Below are positions 11,494 through 23,178 of a stretch of 64,000 nucleotides of DNA, in pieces (positions within the stretch are counted from its first letter, which is position 1; every line of letters begins with the position of its first letter). The DNA is from Octopus sinensis (taxonomy: Eukaryota), in NCBI RefSeq assembly GCF_006345805.1, contig NC_043010.1, forward strand, positions 5,518,001 through 5,582,000, in the 5' to 3' direction. The position numbers and the translations under genes were made by a program. Under the pieces are notes generated by a model. That model was not told the origin of the DNA, searched no databases, and saw only the letters and a program-made list of their open reading frames with translations.

Positions 11494-11766
11494 CAAAATA
11501 AGAAAATAGAGAAATACACCTTAATCAACAATCAACTACCAGATAATACCCAATCACATAATTTATTAACCCACCACATATGAACATCAAGGTCAAACAT
11601 AGTGTACTTATTGTATCATATTACTCATTGTTGTGCATTGTTCTGTTCTGTACTATTATGTTTGACCTTGATGTTTATATGTGGTGGGTTAATAAATTAT
11701 GTGATTGGGTATTATCTGGTAGTTGATTATTGATTAAGGTGTATTTCTCCATTTTCTTATTTTGTA
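11492..11766. mobile_element. Fold-back element / MITE: ~112 bp inverted arms, ~51 bp spacer, TA at both ends
   Basis: 11492-11603 is the reverse complement of 11655-11766 with 4 transition mismatches. Abuts a (TA)n run. Confidence 0.8.
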
Positions 11767-11938
11767 TTATTAATTTGTGGTAAAACATTTTACCTTTGCC
11801 CATATAATACAATAAATGAACTAATTGCATCGCAATTCTTAACATTTATGTATTAACTTTGTTGGGTACTTTACTGGCAGTATATTGGATATAGGTTATC
11901 CCATAGTGGGTTGCACTCACAACCCCTATCTCAATTTG

Positions 11939-11986
<48 letters not shown>

Positions 11987-12267
11987 CAACGGCTATATAT
12001 ATATATAGGTGCAGGAGTAGCTGTGTGGTAAGTAGCTTGCTTACAAACCACATGGTTCCGAGTTCAGTTCCACTGCGTGGCACCTTGGGCAAGTGTCTTC
12101 TACTATAACCTTGGGCCGACTAAAGGCTTGTGAGTGGATTTGGTAGACTGAAAGAAGCTCGTTGTATATATGTACGCAGGAGTAGAGACAACCAAAATAT
12201 TATTAGTTTTGAAATAATGCCATACAAATGTTATAACCCTCCCTGGCAAATGTAATTTATGGTTGAT

Positions 12268-12274
12268 AGATGGA

Positions 12275-12308
<34 letters not shown>

Positions 12309-12570
12309 TGGTGGTGGTGGTGGTGGTGTGGTGGTGGTGGTGGTGGTGGTGGTGATGGTGATGGTGGTGGTGGTGGTGGTGGTGGTGGTGGTGTGGTGGT
12401 GGTGGTGGTGGTGGTGATGATGGTGATGGTGGTGGTGGTGGTGGTGGTGGTGGTGATGATGATGATGGTGATGATGGTGATGATGGTGATGATGGCGATG
12501 ATGATGACGACAACGACGGCCATGATGACTATGATGACGATGATGACGATGATGATGATGATACTGGTGG
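12268..12570. repeat. (GAT)n/(GGT)n compound microsatellite
   Basis: Directly visible; source of the poly-H/P/G ORFs. Confidence 0.95.
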
Positions 12571-12964
12571 AGGTGGGGCTGTGCAGGTGACAGGCAATGG
12601 TGACAGTGATAATGATAATGAATAATACTTCAATCACTCTGGATTGAAATATATCCTCAGAATCCCAGATAAACACTAGATTATAGCCTTATTTATATAT
12701 TCTCATTAATCAAAATCATCTCAGGTTGTCAGAATATACACCAGGAGCATTCTTATTTCTTTCTGACAGAGTTATATTTAGCTGTTAACAAGAGTCTGAC
12801 ACAAGCCCAGAATGGTAAACTCTCAGACTATCCCTGTGAATAATTGATTAATTACTGCTTTATTCATATATAAATATATATATTGATAGAAATGGTGAGA
12901 CAACAAAAGAATGAAAGAGACCTCGATATTATGTAAATAGAGGAATTTATCTGTAAATATAATA

Positions 12965-13178
12965 TACTCTCTTCTACTCTTTTACTTGTTTCAGTCATTT
13001 GACTGTGGCCATGCTGGAGCACCACCTTTAGTCGAGCAAATCGACCCCGGGACTTATTCTTTGTAAGCCCAGTACTTATTCTATCAGTCTCTTTTTGCCG
13101 AACCGCTAAGTAACGGGAACATAAACACACCAACATCGGTTGTCAAGCAATGCTAGGGGGACAAACACAGACACACAA

Positions 13179-13211
<33 letters not shown>

Positions 13212-13381
13212 CATATATACGACAGGCTTCTTTCAGTTTCCCTCTACCAAATCCACTCACAAGGCATTGGTCGGCCCGGAGCTATAGCAGAAGACACTTG
13301 CCCAAGATGCCACGCAGTGGGACTGAACCTGAAACCATGTGGTTGGTTAGCAAGCTACTTACCACACAGCCACTCCTGCAC
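12965..13381 (-). mobile_element. SINE family A, full length
   Basis: Near-identical to 9857-10291. Confidence 0.9.
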
Positions 13382-14218
13382 CTATATGTGACAATTTTTT
13401 GGTAACCATGATGAAACTTCGAGTTTCGGATGTTGGGGCGGAAACAGATGCCAGTATCTCTTCAGTTATCGGGCCATCAAAAAAATGCTAGGAAAATTTT
13501 ATCCTATATTAGATACAAATTTAATACTATTCACTTCCGAACTCTCTCACTTTATGAGAATTTTCAGTCCGATCAAACATGTCTCAAGGAATGCTGTAGA
13601 ATATCTATTTTGGGGTACTTAAGTGTACACATGACTTAGTGTTTACTTCTTCCATGGGTATAAGTAAGTATTTCATTTATTTCTTACCGCATTTATTGCT
13701 GACGAAGAGAAAATTCTTATGAATTAACTCTGAAATCGGGGCCGATCCAATAATAACAGAATTTTTTTAGAAATTTCTGTCGGCTTACTTCAAGACGCAT
13801 GGTTATTGACGATTTAAGTCCATTTTCGGCATATTTGGCATTAGAATTTTTTTCTTTTGTTTTTGTTTATAAGATGTTTATGAATTTAACCTTTAAAGGT
13901 ATTTTTAATATGCTGGCCATTGATAGAATTTTTTCAAAAGATTTTATCCTATATTAGATGTATATGTTGGATCATTAGCCCCTACACATTTTTTTTCTCT
14001 CCTTGTTTCTTTTCTGTGTATCTTTCTGTTGAAGAGCGTAGCTCGAAACGTAAAAGACTTGTTTTATTTCTATTCCTGAGCACCATACTAATACAATTGT
14101 TTGTTTGTACTCCACCTGCCTTCGTCTTTTGTTTATTTTTGTAAACCTTCCCATTATATATATATATATATGGTTGGTAGAAGGAAACTGAGAGAAGCCC
14201 GTTTGTGTATGCATGTAT

Positions 14219-14620
14219 GTGTGTGTGTGTGTGTGTGTATTTGTGTGTCTGTGTTTGTCCCCCTGCCATCATTGATAGCCAGTGTTGGTGTGTTTGCATC
14301 CTTCTAACTTGACAGTTCAGCAAAGGAGACCAATGGAATAGGTGCTGGTCTTACAGAGAGTGTAAGTCCTAGGGTCGATTTGTTCGACTAAAGGTGGTGA
14401 TATATAAATTTCTTTTATTTCTTTTACTTGTTTCAGTCATTTGACTGTGGCCATGCTGGAGCACCACCTTTAGTCGAACAAATCGACCCTGGGACTTACA
14501 CTCTCTGTAAGCCCAGCACCTATTCCATTGGTCTACTTTGCTGAACTGCCAAGTTAGAAGGACGCAAACACACCAACACTGGCTATCAATGATGACAGCA
14601 AGACTAACACAGACACACAA

Positions 14621-14652
<32 letters not shown>
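14219..14652. repeat. Inverted duplication of one diverged family A SINE segment (~180 bp arms)
   Basis: 14219-14399 versus 14462-14652. Both arms share non-consensus variants such as CCAATGGAATAGGTGCTGG and CAGAGAGTGTAAGTCC. Confidence 0.8.
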
Positions 14653-14654
<2 letters not shown>

Positions 14655-15198
14655 CATGCAAAGGATGATAGCAAAGGAGAATGGGGGCACCAGCCAGCCC
14701 AAAGGTTGGGGTGGGCTGCACCTGCCTACTTCGGTTGCTATGGCATTGAAGTAGATCCAGCCACCCCCATTAACGGGGACAAAACCCGAATTTTAAACAC
14801 TGGATAATGATGATGATGATATATGCATATTGACTGACATTCTGCCAGTAATGACGCTGAGGGTTCCAGTTGATCTGGTCACTGAAATAGCCAGCTTGTG
14901 AAATGACCATGCAAGTGGCTGAGCACTCCACAGACATGTGTACCCTTAATGTAGTTTTCTGGTAGAATCAGCGTAGTTCTCTCAAAGAATAAGTAGTGGG
15001 CTTACAAAGAATAAATCCTGTGGTCGATTTTTCCAACCAAAGGCAGTGCTCCAGCATGGCCACAGTCACATGACTGAAACAAGTAAAACAATATAAAAAA
15101 AACTATGCCATTTTAATCCTGAACAAGGCTGGGTTTCTCTGTAAGTAAGTATGCATGTACGTACATATGTACATACGTATGTATATATATGTATATAT

Positions 15199-16297
15199 AT
15201 AATTAATCAATATAGGGTGGCAAGGAAAATTTTGTAGAATTTTATTGCCACCAGCGGCCCAGTGGGAAAAAATTAAATAGTCATAGACCATTTTTAAGTT
15301 CAACATTAACAATTAAGGAACGGCCATAATAAGCCATTCACCCACTAGAAATAACAGCCAAAGCTTCTACCGCAAATAAAGATTAATTCCGTAAACAGGA
15401 GAAAATTAAAAAAACATTTACCCTGTAATTTCTTGTACGGTATACCGTTTCATCCGCTGTTTAATGGTAAACCAACCTGATTAAATTAAATCAAGTCAAT
15501 CTTCCATAAGCCCTCGGATTCTTCAGCAAGAAATAGCTCAAGTTGGAACAGATATTTACACGAGGCATACCCCATCTTGCCAAGTCAATATCTGACCTAA
15601 AATTTTCAAATCGTCGCACTCGCGCCAAATTTATCGGCAGCAAATAAATATCAGCCGTCGATTCCATTACGGAATTAACCAAAAAATTCATAATTAGTTT
15701 TTTTAATTTTCTCCTGTTTACGGAATTAATCTTTATTTGCGGTAGAAGCTTTGGCTGTTATTTCTAGTGGGTGAATGGCCTATTATGGCCGTTCCTTAAT
15801 TGTTAATGTTGAACTTAAAAATGGTCTATGACTATTTAATTTTTTCCCACTGGGCCGCTGGTGGCAATAAAATTCTACAAAATTTTCCTTGCCACCCTAT
15901 ATTGATTAATTATGAATTTTTTGGTTAATTCCGTAATGGAATCGACGGCTGATATTTATTTGCTGCCGATAAATTTGGCGCGAGTGCGACGATTTGAAAA
16001 TTTTAGGTCAGATATTGACTTGGCAAGATGGGGTATGCCTCGTGTAAATATCTGTTCCAACTTGAGCTATTTCTTGCTGAAGAATCCGAGGGCTTATGGA
16101 AGATTGACTTGATTTAATTTAATCAGGTTGGTTTACCATTAAACAGCGGATGAAACGGTATACCGTACAAGAAATTACAGGGTAAATGTTTTTTTAATTT
16201 TCTCCTGTTTACGGAATTAATCTTTATTTGCGGTAGAAGCTTTGGCTGTTATTTCTAGTGGGTGAATGGCCTATTATGGCCGTTCCTTAATTGTTAA

Positions 16298-16298
<1 letters not shown>
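15199..16298. repeat. Complex inverted and circularly permuted duplication of a CpG-rich ~490 bp unit (A-B followed by A'-B'-A2')
   Basis: 15697-15913 is the reverse complement of 15199-15415, and 15907-16298 is the reverse complement of 15305-15696. One mismatch seen (15332). Flanked by (TA)n-type repeats. The unit begins TAGGGTGGC, reminiscent of a hAT terminus. Confidence 0.9.
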
Positions 16299-16341
<43 letters not shown>

Positions 16342-16623
16342 TAAATTAATGAGACAATTATCAGAAGAAATGTTCTACAATCTCAACCCAATAAAAAATC
16401 AATAAGGGAAAGATCAGATGTCTGTTGATCTTTATAAAAATATTTGCCGGCATGAACCAAAAAAACAATGACTATGCTAGGCTGATTGCTTTGGTAAACT
16501 ATAAATAATCCTAATAATCAGCAGCTTTGGAGACTAAAAGATTTCTGAATGGTAAAATTCCACCTACAAATAGAAGTGAAAGTTAAACACAAGTACGTCA
16601 GCACATTGAAAGATGGTTTACAC

Positions 16624-16670
16624 CAGTGGTTCTCAACCAGGGCCCATATAAGATTTTGGGGTGTCCACAC
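16624..16670 (+). mobile_element. hAT/Charlie-type terminus fragment
   Basis: CAGTGGTTCTCAACC at 16624. Matching right-end motifs (G/T)TTGAGAA(AT/CC)ACTG occur at ~17469-17482, ~27859-27872 and ~58768-58781. No matching 8 bp TSD pairs found. Confidence 0.5.
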
Positions 16671-17499
16671 AACAAAATAGTAATTTAGCACCTGTGCATC
16701 GTAGTTGTGGTCATTGCCAGTGACATGTAAATCACCCCATGAATCGTAGTTATGGTCGTCGCTGGTGTCATGTAAATGACACCCATGTCAGTGTCACATA
16801 AAAACACCCATTACACTCCTGGAGTGTAGGCATATACCAGATAGCACATAAATACAAATATACATATAACATATGTTATACTTACATGTTGTATATATAT
16901 ACATATAAAACTCAACTTGTGTGTCTGTGTGTTTAAATTCCCACCACATCTCTTCCTAGCCAACAAATCGTAGAACCACCAAAAATGGGTCACTTAAAGT
17001 TTAGGTGAATGAAAATTGAACTGTGCTATTTCTGTTCCGAAATTTATCTCGCAAGTGAAAAAATCAATAATGTGTTTGTTTAGGCCTTATCCCATGCATT
17101 GAATAGTGAACTTTACTCAGTCAGCTGTTTGATGTGAACTGTGTTCACCATGCGTGCAAGCATGTGTAAATTGCATGAAAAATAAAAAAAAATCAAGATA
17201 TAAAAACGAATCGCCGTAAACATTGTAGAAATTCGGCAAAGAAATGAATTTTCGGGATGTAGCCTGGAGGGTTTTTTCGTATTAATCGTTTGGACTTTGT
17301 GAACACATACCAATTGTTTTCATAACATTTTTAATGCTTTGAATTAAATGTGACCATTTTGCGTTGAGTCTGCAGTTTGAATCACTTTAACCAAATTTTA
17401 GCAGGCTGGATTTTTGATCATCACGATACATCACCAGCGACTTCCTGAAACTCTCCCCTGAAATCCCCGTTGAGAAATACTGATCTAAAAGAATGCAAT

Positions 17500-17700
17500 T
17501 ATTTGATCAACAAAAATTTATGAAACGCTTCTACATACTACCTATTGAGGAAATGGAACACATAAGCGCAAAAATAGAGGGCATTAAAAGCTTGATTTTA
17601 AAACCAAAATAGTTGAATTTTGATTGAACTTCATCCAAGTTTAGCTTAATTCGCACATGCATAGAACGCACGAGCGCACAAGCCGGGCAATACTGCTAGT
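17500..17700 (+). mobile_element. Helitron-like 3' end
   Basis: Ends GCCGGGCAATACTGCTAGT (CTAG followed by T at 17696-17700). A very similar end occurs at 20536-20564. The 5' boundary is not determined. Confidence 0.55.
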
Positions 17701-17948
17701 ATTTATATGTGTGTGTGTGTGTGTGTGTATTTATGTGCTATCTGGAATATTCCATTAAAGAAGGCAGAGCATCTCTTATGCAAAACCAGAAATCCAGGAT
17801 CTGGAATTATCCAGTAAAACTCTTTTGCTAGTTTATTTTATCTCTCTGTCTACTCTCCTAGTGCTATATGAACATTTAATGTGACTTTAGGGTCAGGTTT
17901 TGACTGCTATTTCAGTGTGGTGGTATCACTCAGATACCCTAATTTATA

Positions 17949-17985
<37 letters not shown>

Positions 17986-18015
17986 ATTAAACCTCGCTAA
18001 GTTAAATATTTAAAC

Positions 18016-18079
18016 CACCTGATGAATGACTGTAACTCGAAAATTTAAAGAAATTAACAGCCATGAAACGATCATAGTG
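18016..18079 (+). ncRNA. Type I hammerhead-ribozyme-like motif, slightly decayed
   Basis: CAC-CTGATGA-ATGACTGT..ACAGCCAT-GAAA-CGATCAT-A-GTG. Stem I CAC/GTG, stem II 7 of 8 bp, stem III ACGATCAT (one CpG-type change from the palindrome ACGATCGT). Confidence 0.6.
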
Positions 18080-18205
18080 TTATATTAATTATATTTTTTT
18101 TATAATTTTGTTATATATTTAAATAATATAAATTAAATAATCTTATGTATTGGCTTAAGTTTTTCATTGTATGATTTGCCTAATAGTGGTTTTATCTCTA
18201 ATTTA

Positions 18206-18248
<43 letters not shown>

Positions 18249-18589
18249 CAACAGAGACAGCATGAATACTGAAAGGTAATATTTATATATTCATATCCAC
18301 TTTTATGTGGGGACAAATATTATGTCCCATAAGAGATCGATCAATAAGATAATTACCAGATTTTAGAATAAGTCCTGGGGTCAATATGACATATCAAAAT
18401 ATTGAAGGTGGTGCCCCAGCTTGGCCTCATAGACTGAAATCAGTTAAAAGAACACAAGAGTAACATTACGAGCATTGGTGTAAAGGTTACCATTTTCCCA
18501 GAGTAAAAATTATTGTTGTATTAGAATATATGGACAGTTAAATTGTTTAATCTTCTAGCAAACAATTCAGCTCATGCACTGGCTTCTAA

Positions 18590-18651
18590 ATACACAACAC
18601 ACACACACATAGACCTTACATGAAATATATGCCCACCCTACACACAATGGA

Positions 18652-18700
<49 letters not shown>

Positions 18701-19090
18701 TAAACATACACTACACACACACATAGACCTTATACGAAATATATGCCCACCCTGCACACAATGGAGACACACACACACACACTAAACATACACTACACAC
18801 ACACATAGACCTTATACAAAATATATGCACACCTTACACACAATGGAGACACGCACACACACACACTAAACATACACTACACACACACATAGACCTAATA
18901 CGAAATATATGCACACCTTACACACAATGGACACACACACACGTACTAAACATACACACACACACACTGGACACACCCAGACACACTAAACATACACTAC
19001 ACACACACACACACATACACACACGTACACACACAGAGGCCTTACATGAAATATATGCACACCCTACACGCATTGGACACCCACAGACAA
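18590..19090. repeat. Minisatellite, 5-6 copies of a ~75-105 bp unit with internal (CA)n
   Basis: Recurrent CATAGACCTTATACGAAATATATGC(A/C)CACC(C/T)TACACACAATGGAGAC(AC)nTAAACATACACTAC. Confidence 0.9.
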
Positions 19091-20155
19091 ACCAAATATA
19101 CACCACACACACACACACACATGCAAACACTCACAGAAACTCACACAAACATACTACGCAGATATAAACACATACACACTATACACATACACACATACTC
19201 ACACACAAACACATACACTACACACAATGCACTAAACACATAAGAAACACAATGCACACACACATATACACACTCACACACACACTCCAGTTAAATATAG
19301 ATAGATTAATGCTACCTGTCCTTAGGACATCCAACCAATGAATATTAAGTACTTAGAACAAAGCAATAATGAATGAAAAATTCATTCAATTTATGGCAGT
19401 AATATTTATTTATAGTATTAAATGTTAAGGCAATTTGGAAATACAAGTCAATCAGAATATCTGAAAATAATTTCTTTGATAAATAACTTCTGTGCTGAAA
19501 GGCAGCTTTTCTAAGACAATGGTTTTGAGATGATTTTTAAAAGATTTCCTATCATATTCGAGAGTTTTATGTTTCGCACACCTACACGCACTCACATAAG
19601 CATGCATACACTCACCCCATGCACCCACACATACACGCCCACACACATGCGTCATATGTAGCCACTAACATACCTAGAATATTTCTAAAACTAATAGATA
19701 ACCACTTCCCACACTCCCACAAATAGCATAAGATCTTCAATAGAAATAATCTTAAAGTCAGCTATAGTTACCTCCCTAAATATAGGGCCAGTATTACTCA
19801 CCCTCAATAAAGATAATACCAGGGGGGATATCCCTGGAAGACAATATATCTCTGAACTGTTGTTCTCTGAATAACAGACCTCTACAAAAGTAACTTGTAT
19901 ACAAGGCCAATATCATCATTATTCAACATCCACTTTTCCATGTTCACATAGGTAAGACGAAAGGTTTTGGTGCACATACTCTATGCTCGAGATACCCTTT
20001 CTGATGTTAACCCTTACCTGTTTCCAAGCAAGATAATATTTCCCCATGACCAAACATTTTTCTCATGGAAGACTAGTAATGAACAGCATTGCAGTTTTGC
20101 TCCTTTACAATCATGGCAGAATATCAAGGAAAGGGTACAAACAGAAACACACATA

Positions 20156-20199
<44 letters not shown>

Positions 20200-20219
20200 G
20201 TGTATGTATGTATGTGTAT

Positions 20220-20253
<34 letters not shown>

Positions 20254-20255
<2 letters not shown>

Positions 20256-20445
20256 GAATGGTTGTATACTGTCAATTTAATGTGACAGTAGGGGATTACA
20301 CCACCGCTGTTTAGCCCTAGGAAGCATGGACACAGGAAATGTGTCGAAGCTGACAGGAAGCGTCGATGCTTGCTAGGGCTAAACAGCGGTGGTGTAACCC
20401 CCTACTGTCACGTTCACGTTAGATTGACAGTATATAACCATTCTA
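20254..20445. mobile_element. Fold-back MITE, ~74 bp arms, TA-flanked
   Basis: 20254-20327 versus 20366-20445 (TAGAATGG..CCATTCTA); the right arm has a 6 nt insertion. Confidence 0.8.
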
Positions 20446-20449
20446 TCGC

Positions 20450-20563
20450 CCCTCCACCGTACATATCTCTATGAGATATTTAGAAAATCATCATAATTCA
20501 GTGCAATCATTAACAGTACTTTCAAGCAATTCAGCCCCGAGCATCGCCGGGCAATTTTGCTAG

Positions 20564-20564
<1 letters not shown>
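20450..20564 (+). mobile_element. Helitron-like 3' end
   Basis: CCCCGAGCATCGCCGGG hairpin-like motif then CAATTTTGCTAGT, running into (TA)n. Confidence 0.6.
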
Positions 20565-20622
<58 letters not shown>

Positions 20623-20719
20623 ATATAAATAAGGATAAGATCGTTAATTTAATTATCGATCTTATCAAGTGGCCAGCATGGGAATAAAAACCTTCAAAGG
20701 TAATAATTATTATAAAAAT

Positions 20720-20933
20720 TATAACTTAGGGTGTCTAAGAGATACCTCCATGCTGGAAATAGCAGCCAAAACTTGACTCTAAAACTACATTAAATCTTCA
20801 TACAGCACCAGGCTAGTTCATCTTGTCCTTTTGTCCTCTTTCCTGGTGTTGTATGACCATTTAATGTGGTTTAGTGTCAAGTTTTGGCTGCTATTTCCAG
20901 CGTGGAGGTATCTCTTAGATACCCTAAATTATA
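20720..20933. mobile_element. Fold-back MITE, ~93 bp arms
   Basis: 20720-20812 versus 20842-20933 (TATAACTTAGGGTGTCTAAGAGATACC..GGTATCTCTTAGATACCCTAAATTATA). A decayed arm also lies at ~17880-17945. Confidence 0.8.
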
Positions 20934-21407
20934 TTCTGTTGTGTCTGTTGCAAACCAAATCCAAAAACGAAATAATTATATATATATATACATGCAACTC
21001 TTTTACTTATGTATATTTTGATTTCAAATTGTGACACACAGTAAGCAACTTCAGGGGGAGAGGGAAAATTAATTACATCAACACCAGTGTTCAACAGGGA
21101 TTTATTCTATCAACCCCAAAAGAATGAAAAACAAAGTCAACATCAGTGGAATTTGAACTCAGAACATGATGACGGACAAAATGTTGCAAAGCATCTTGCC
21201 TGGCATGCTACAGATTTTACCAGTTCTCCACCTTTGTTTATGTATATATATTGATGTGAACGATATTGCATCAATGAGTGCATCACTATTAGATGCTGGA
21301 GCACCACTGCTATAAAGGTCTGTTTCACATCGTGTGGTAGCTATTGATAAGGAGGAAATTTGAAATCAGAACCTCAAGAACTGGAAGTGGAGTACATATT
21401 ACAAAAT

Positions 21408-21721
21408 CTCTCGTGGAAGCACCATCCAACCAAAATGCAAATATATGGGAAACTACCACCTGTGTCATCTCCTGTGAAAGGTAAGAGAGTCCAGTTTGCT
21501 GGACATTGTTGTAGAGCTGAAAAAGAGGTAATTTCTACTCTTCTCCTCTGGAAGCCATCTACTCGCAATACCAGAGGGCGCACACTCTCCTTCCCTGATG
21601 TAATCTCCAGGGATACAGGCATCCAGCAACGGGACCTCCGTAATGCCATGATGGACCGTGAAGTCTGGCGTAGCATGGTAAATTCCATTGTCTCGACCAC
21701 GGTCGAACAATGATGATGATG
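21408..21721 (+). mobile_element. 5'-truncated RTE-clade LINE 3' end with (TGA)n tail and 14 bp TSD
   Basis: LSWKHHPTK..RVQFAGHCCR..LLLWKP..MMDREVWR C-terminal motifs. ACATATTACAAAAT at 21394-21407 and 21722-21735. Confidence 0.9.
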
Positions 21722-21908
21722 ACATATTACAAAATATCTCACCCAGTACTTTAACATGCACTGAGTAGTTTGCTTTGTAACTGCATAGTTACAAGTGTTG
21801 TTCAATTGCATGGCACCTTGAGCAAGTATCTTCTATCATAGTTCCAAACCAAGTAAAGCCTTGTAAGTAAATTTGGTAGATGGCAACTGTGTGAAAGACC
21901 TTCAAATA

Positions 21909-22098
21909 TATGAAGGGATGCTGAAAAGTTCCTTGATTTGGGTAAAAGAAAATAAAGGAGGATCAGTTATGATTTACACATCTTTTGCAGTAGTGTTTCA
22001 GTTTTTCTGAGCCCAGTAAAAGAATGGGGAAGGCTGGGCCTTCAACTAGGCCTTTCATGATACCCTTAAAACCAGGAACTTTTCAACACCCCTTCGTA
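21909..22098. mobile_element. Mariner-type MITE with TA TSD
   Basis: TA|TGAAGGGATGCTGAAAAGTTCC .. GGAACTTTTCAACACCCCTTCG|TA. Confidence 0.8.
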
Positions 22099-22169
22099 TG
22101 TATGTATGTATGTATGTATGTATGTATGTATGTATGTATGTATGTATGTATGTATGCATGTATGTATGT

Positions 22170-22593
22170 ATACTCTTTTATTCTTTTACTCTTTTACTTG
22201 TTTCAGTCATTTTGAGTGTGGCCATGCTGGAGCACCGCCTTTAGTTGAGTAGATTGACCCCAGGACTTATTCTCTGTAAGCCTAGTACTTATTCTATCAG
22301 TCTCTTTTGCTGAACCACTAAGTTACGGGGACGCAAACACACCAGCATCGGTTGTCAAGTGATGTTGGGGAGACAAACACAGACACACAAACATACACAC
22401 GCATACATATATATATATATATACACACATATATACGACGGGCTTCTTTCAGTTTCCATCTACCAAATCCACTCACAAGGCTTTGGTCAGCCTGAAGCTA
22501 TAGTAGAAGACACTTGCCCAAGGTGCCACGCAATGTGACTGAACCCGAAACCATGTGGTTCGCAAGCAAGCTACTTACCACACAGCCACTCCT
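22170..22593 (-). mobile_element. SINE family A, full length
   Basis: Complete reverse-complement copy between (TATG)n runs. Confidence 0.9.
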
Positions 22594-23139
22594 GTGCTTA
22601 TGTATGTGTGTATGTATGTATGTATGTATGTATGTATGTATGTATGTATGTATGTATGTATTTGACTTAGTCTTTGTGTTTGTGTCCCACTGCTACTTGA
22701 CAACCACTGTTGGTTTGTTTACATCTCTTCTGTAACTCAGTAGTTTTGCAAAAGAGACCAACAGAATAAGTACCAGACTCGAAATAAAGTACTGGGGGTG
22801 GATTTGCTCAATTAAACCCTTCAAAGGGGTGTCCCAGTATGACCGTAGTGCGATGATGAAGCAAAACTAAATCCACCACTTAGGACGGGTTCTATATTCA
22901 TCAACCCCAAAAGAGTTAAAGACAAAGCTGAGCTTGGCAGGATTTGAACTCAGAATGCAGAAAACTGGAACAAAATATACTACCAGGCATTATAAGATGC
23001 TGCTTTTATAATTCTGCCAATTCACTGTCTTTTCTTAAGCACTCTTTTTATATCCTGCAAGTTGCATGAATGCAAAAATATTTTTCCGTCTATTAACGAA
23101 CCATCCAACCCATGCTAGCATGGAAAGCGGACGTTAAAC

Positions 23140-23178
<39 letters not shown>

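Noticed and set aside
11492-11766. ADAR footprint (directional A-to-G) between hairpin arms
   Set aside because: Arm mismatches here and at 28.8 kb are transitions in both directions, consistent with ordinary mutation.
15491-16112. Identical 66 aa ORF on both strands (15491-15691 and 15912-16112)
   Set aside because: It is a by-product of the inverted duplication; no recognisable motif.
16624-17482. Single hAT element between CAGTGGTTCTCAAC and GTTGAGAAATACTG
   Set aside because: The flanking 8-mers (GTTTACAC versus ATCTAAAA) do not match, so the ends are probably from different insertions.
18590-19090. Repeat-spacer look of the minisatellite (CRISPR-like)
   Set aside because: Eukaryotic context, the spacers are CA runs rather than unique sequences, and there are no cas genes.
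20328-20365. Permuted (type II) hammerhead in the spacer of the 20.3 kb hairpin
   Set aside because: CTGACAG is not CUGAnGA and no stem I can be formed.
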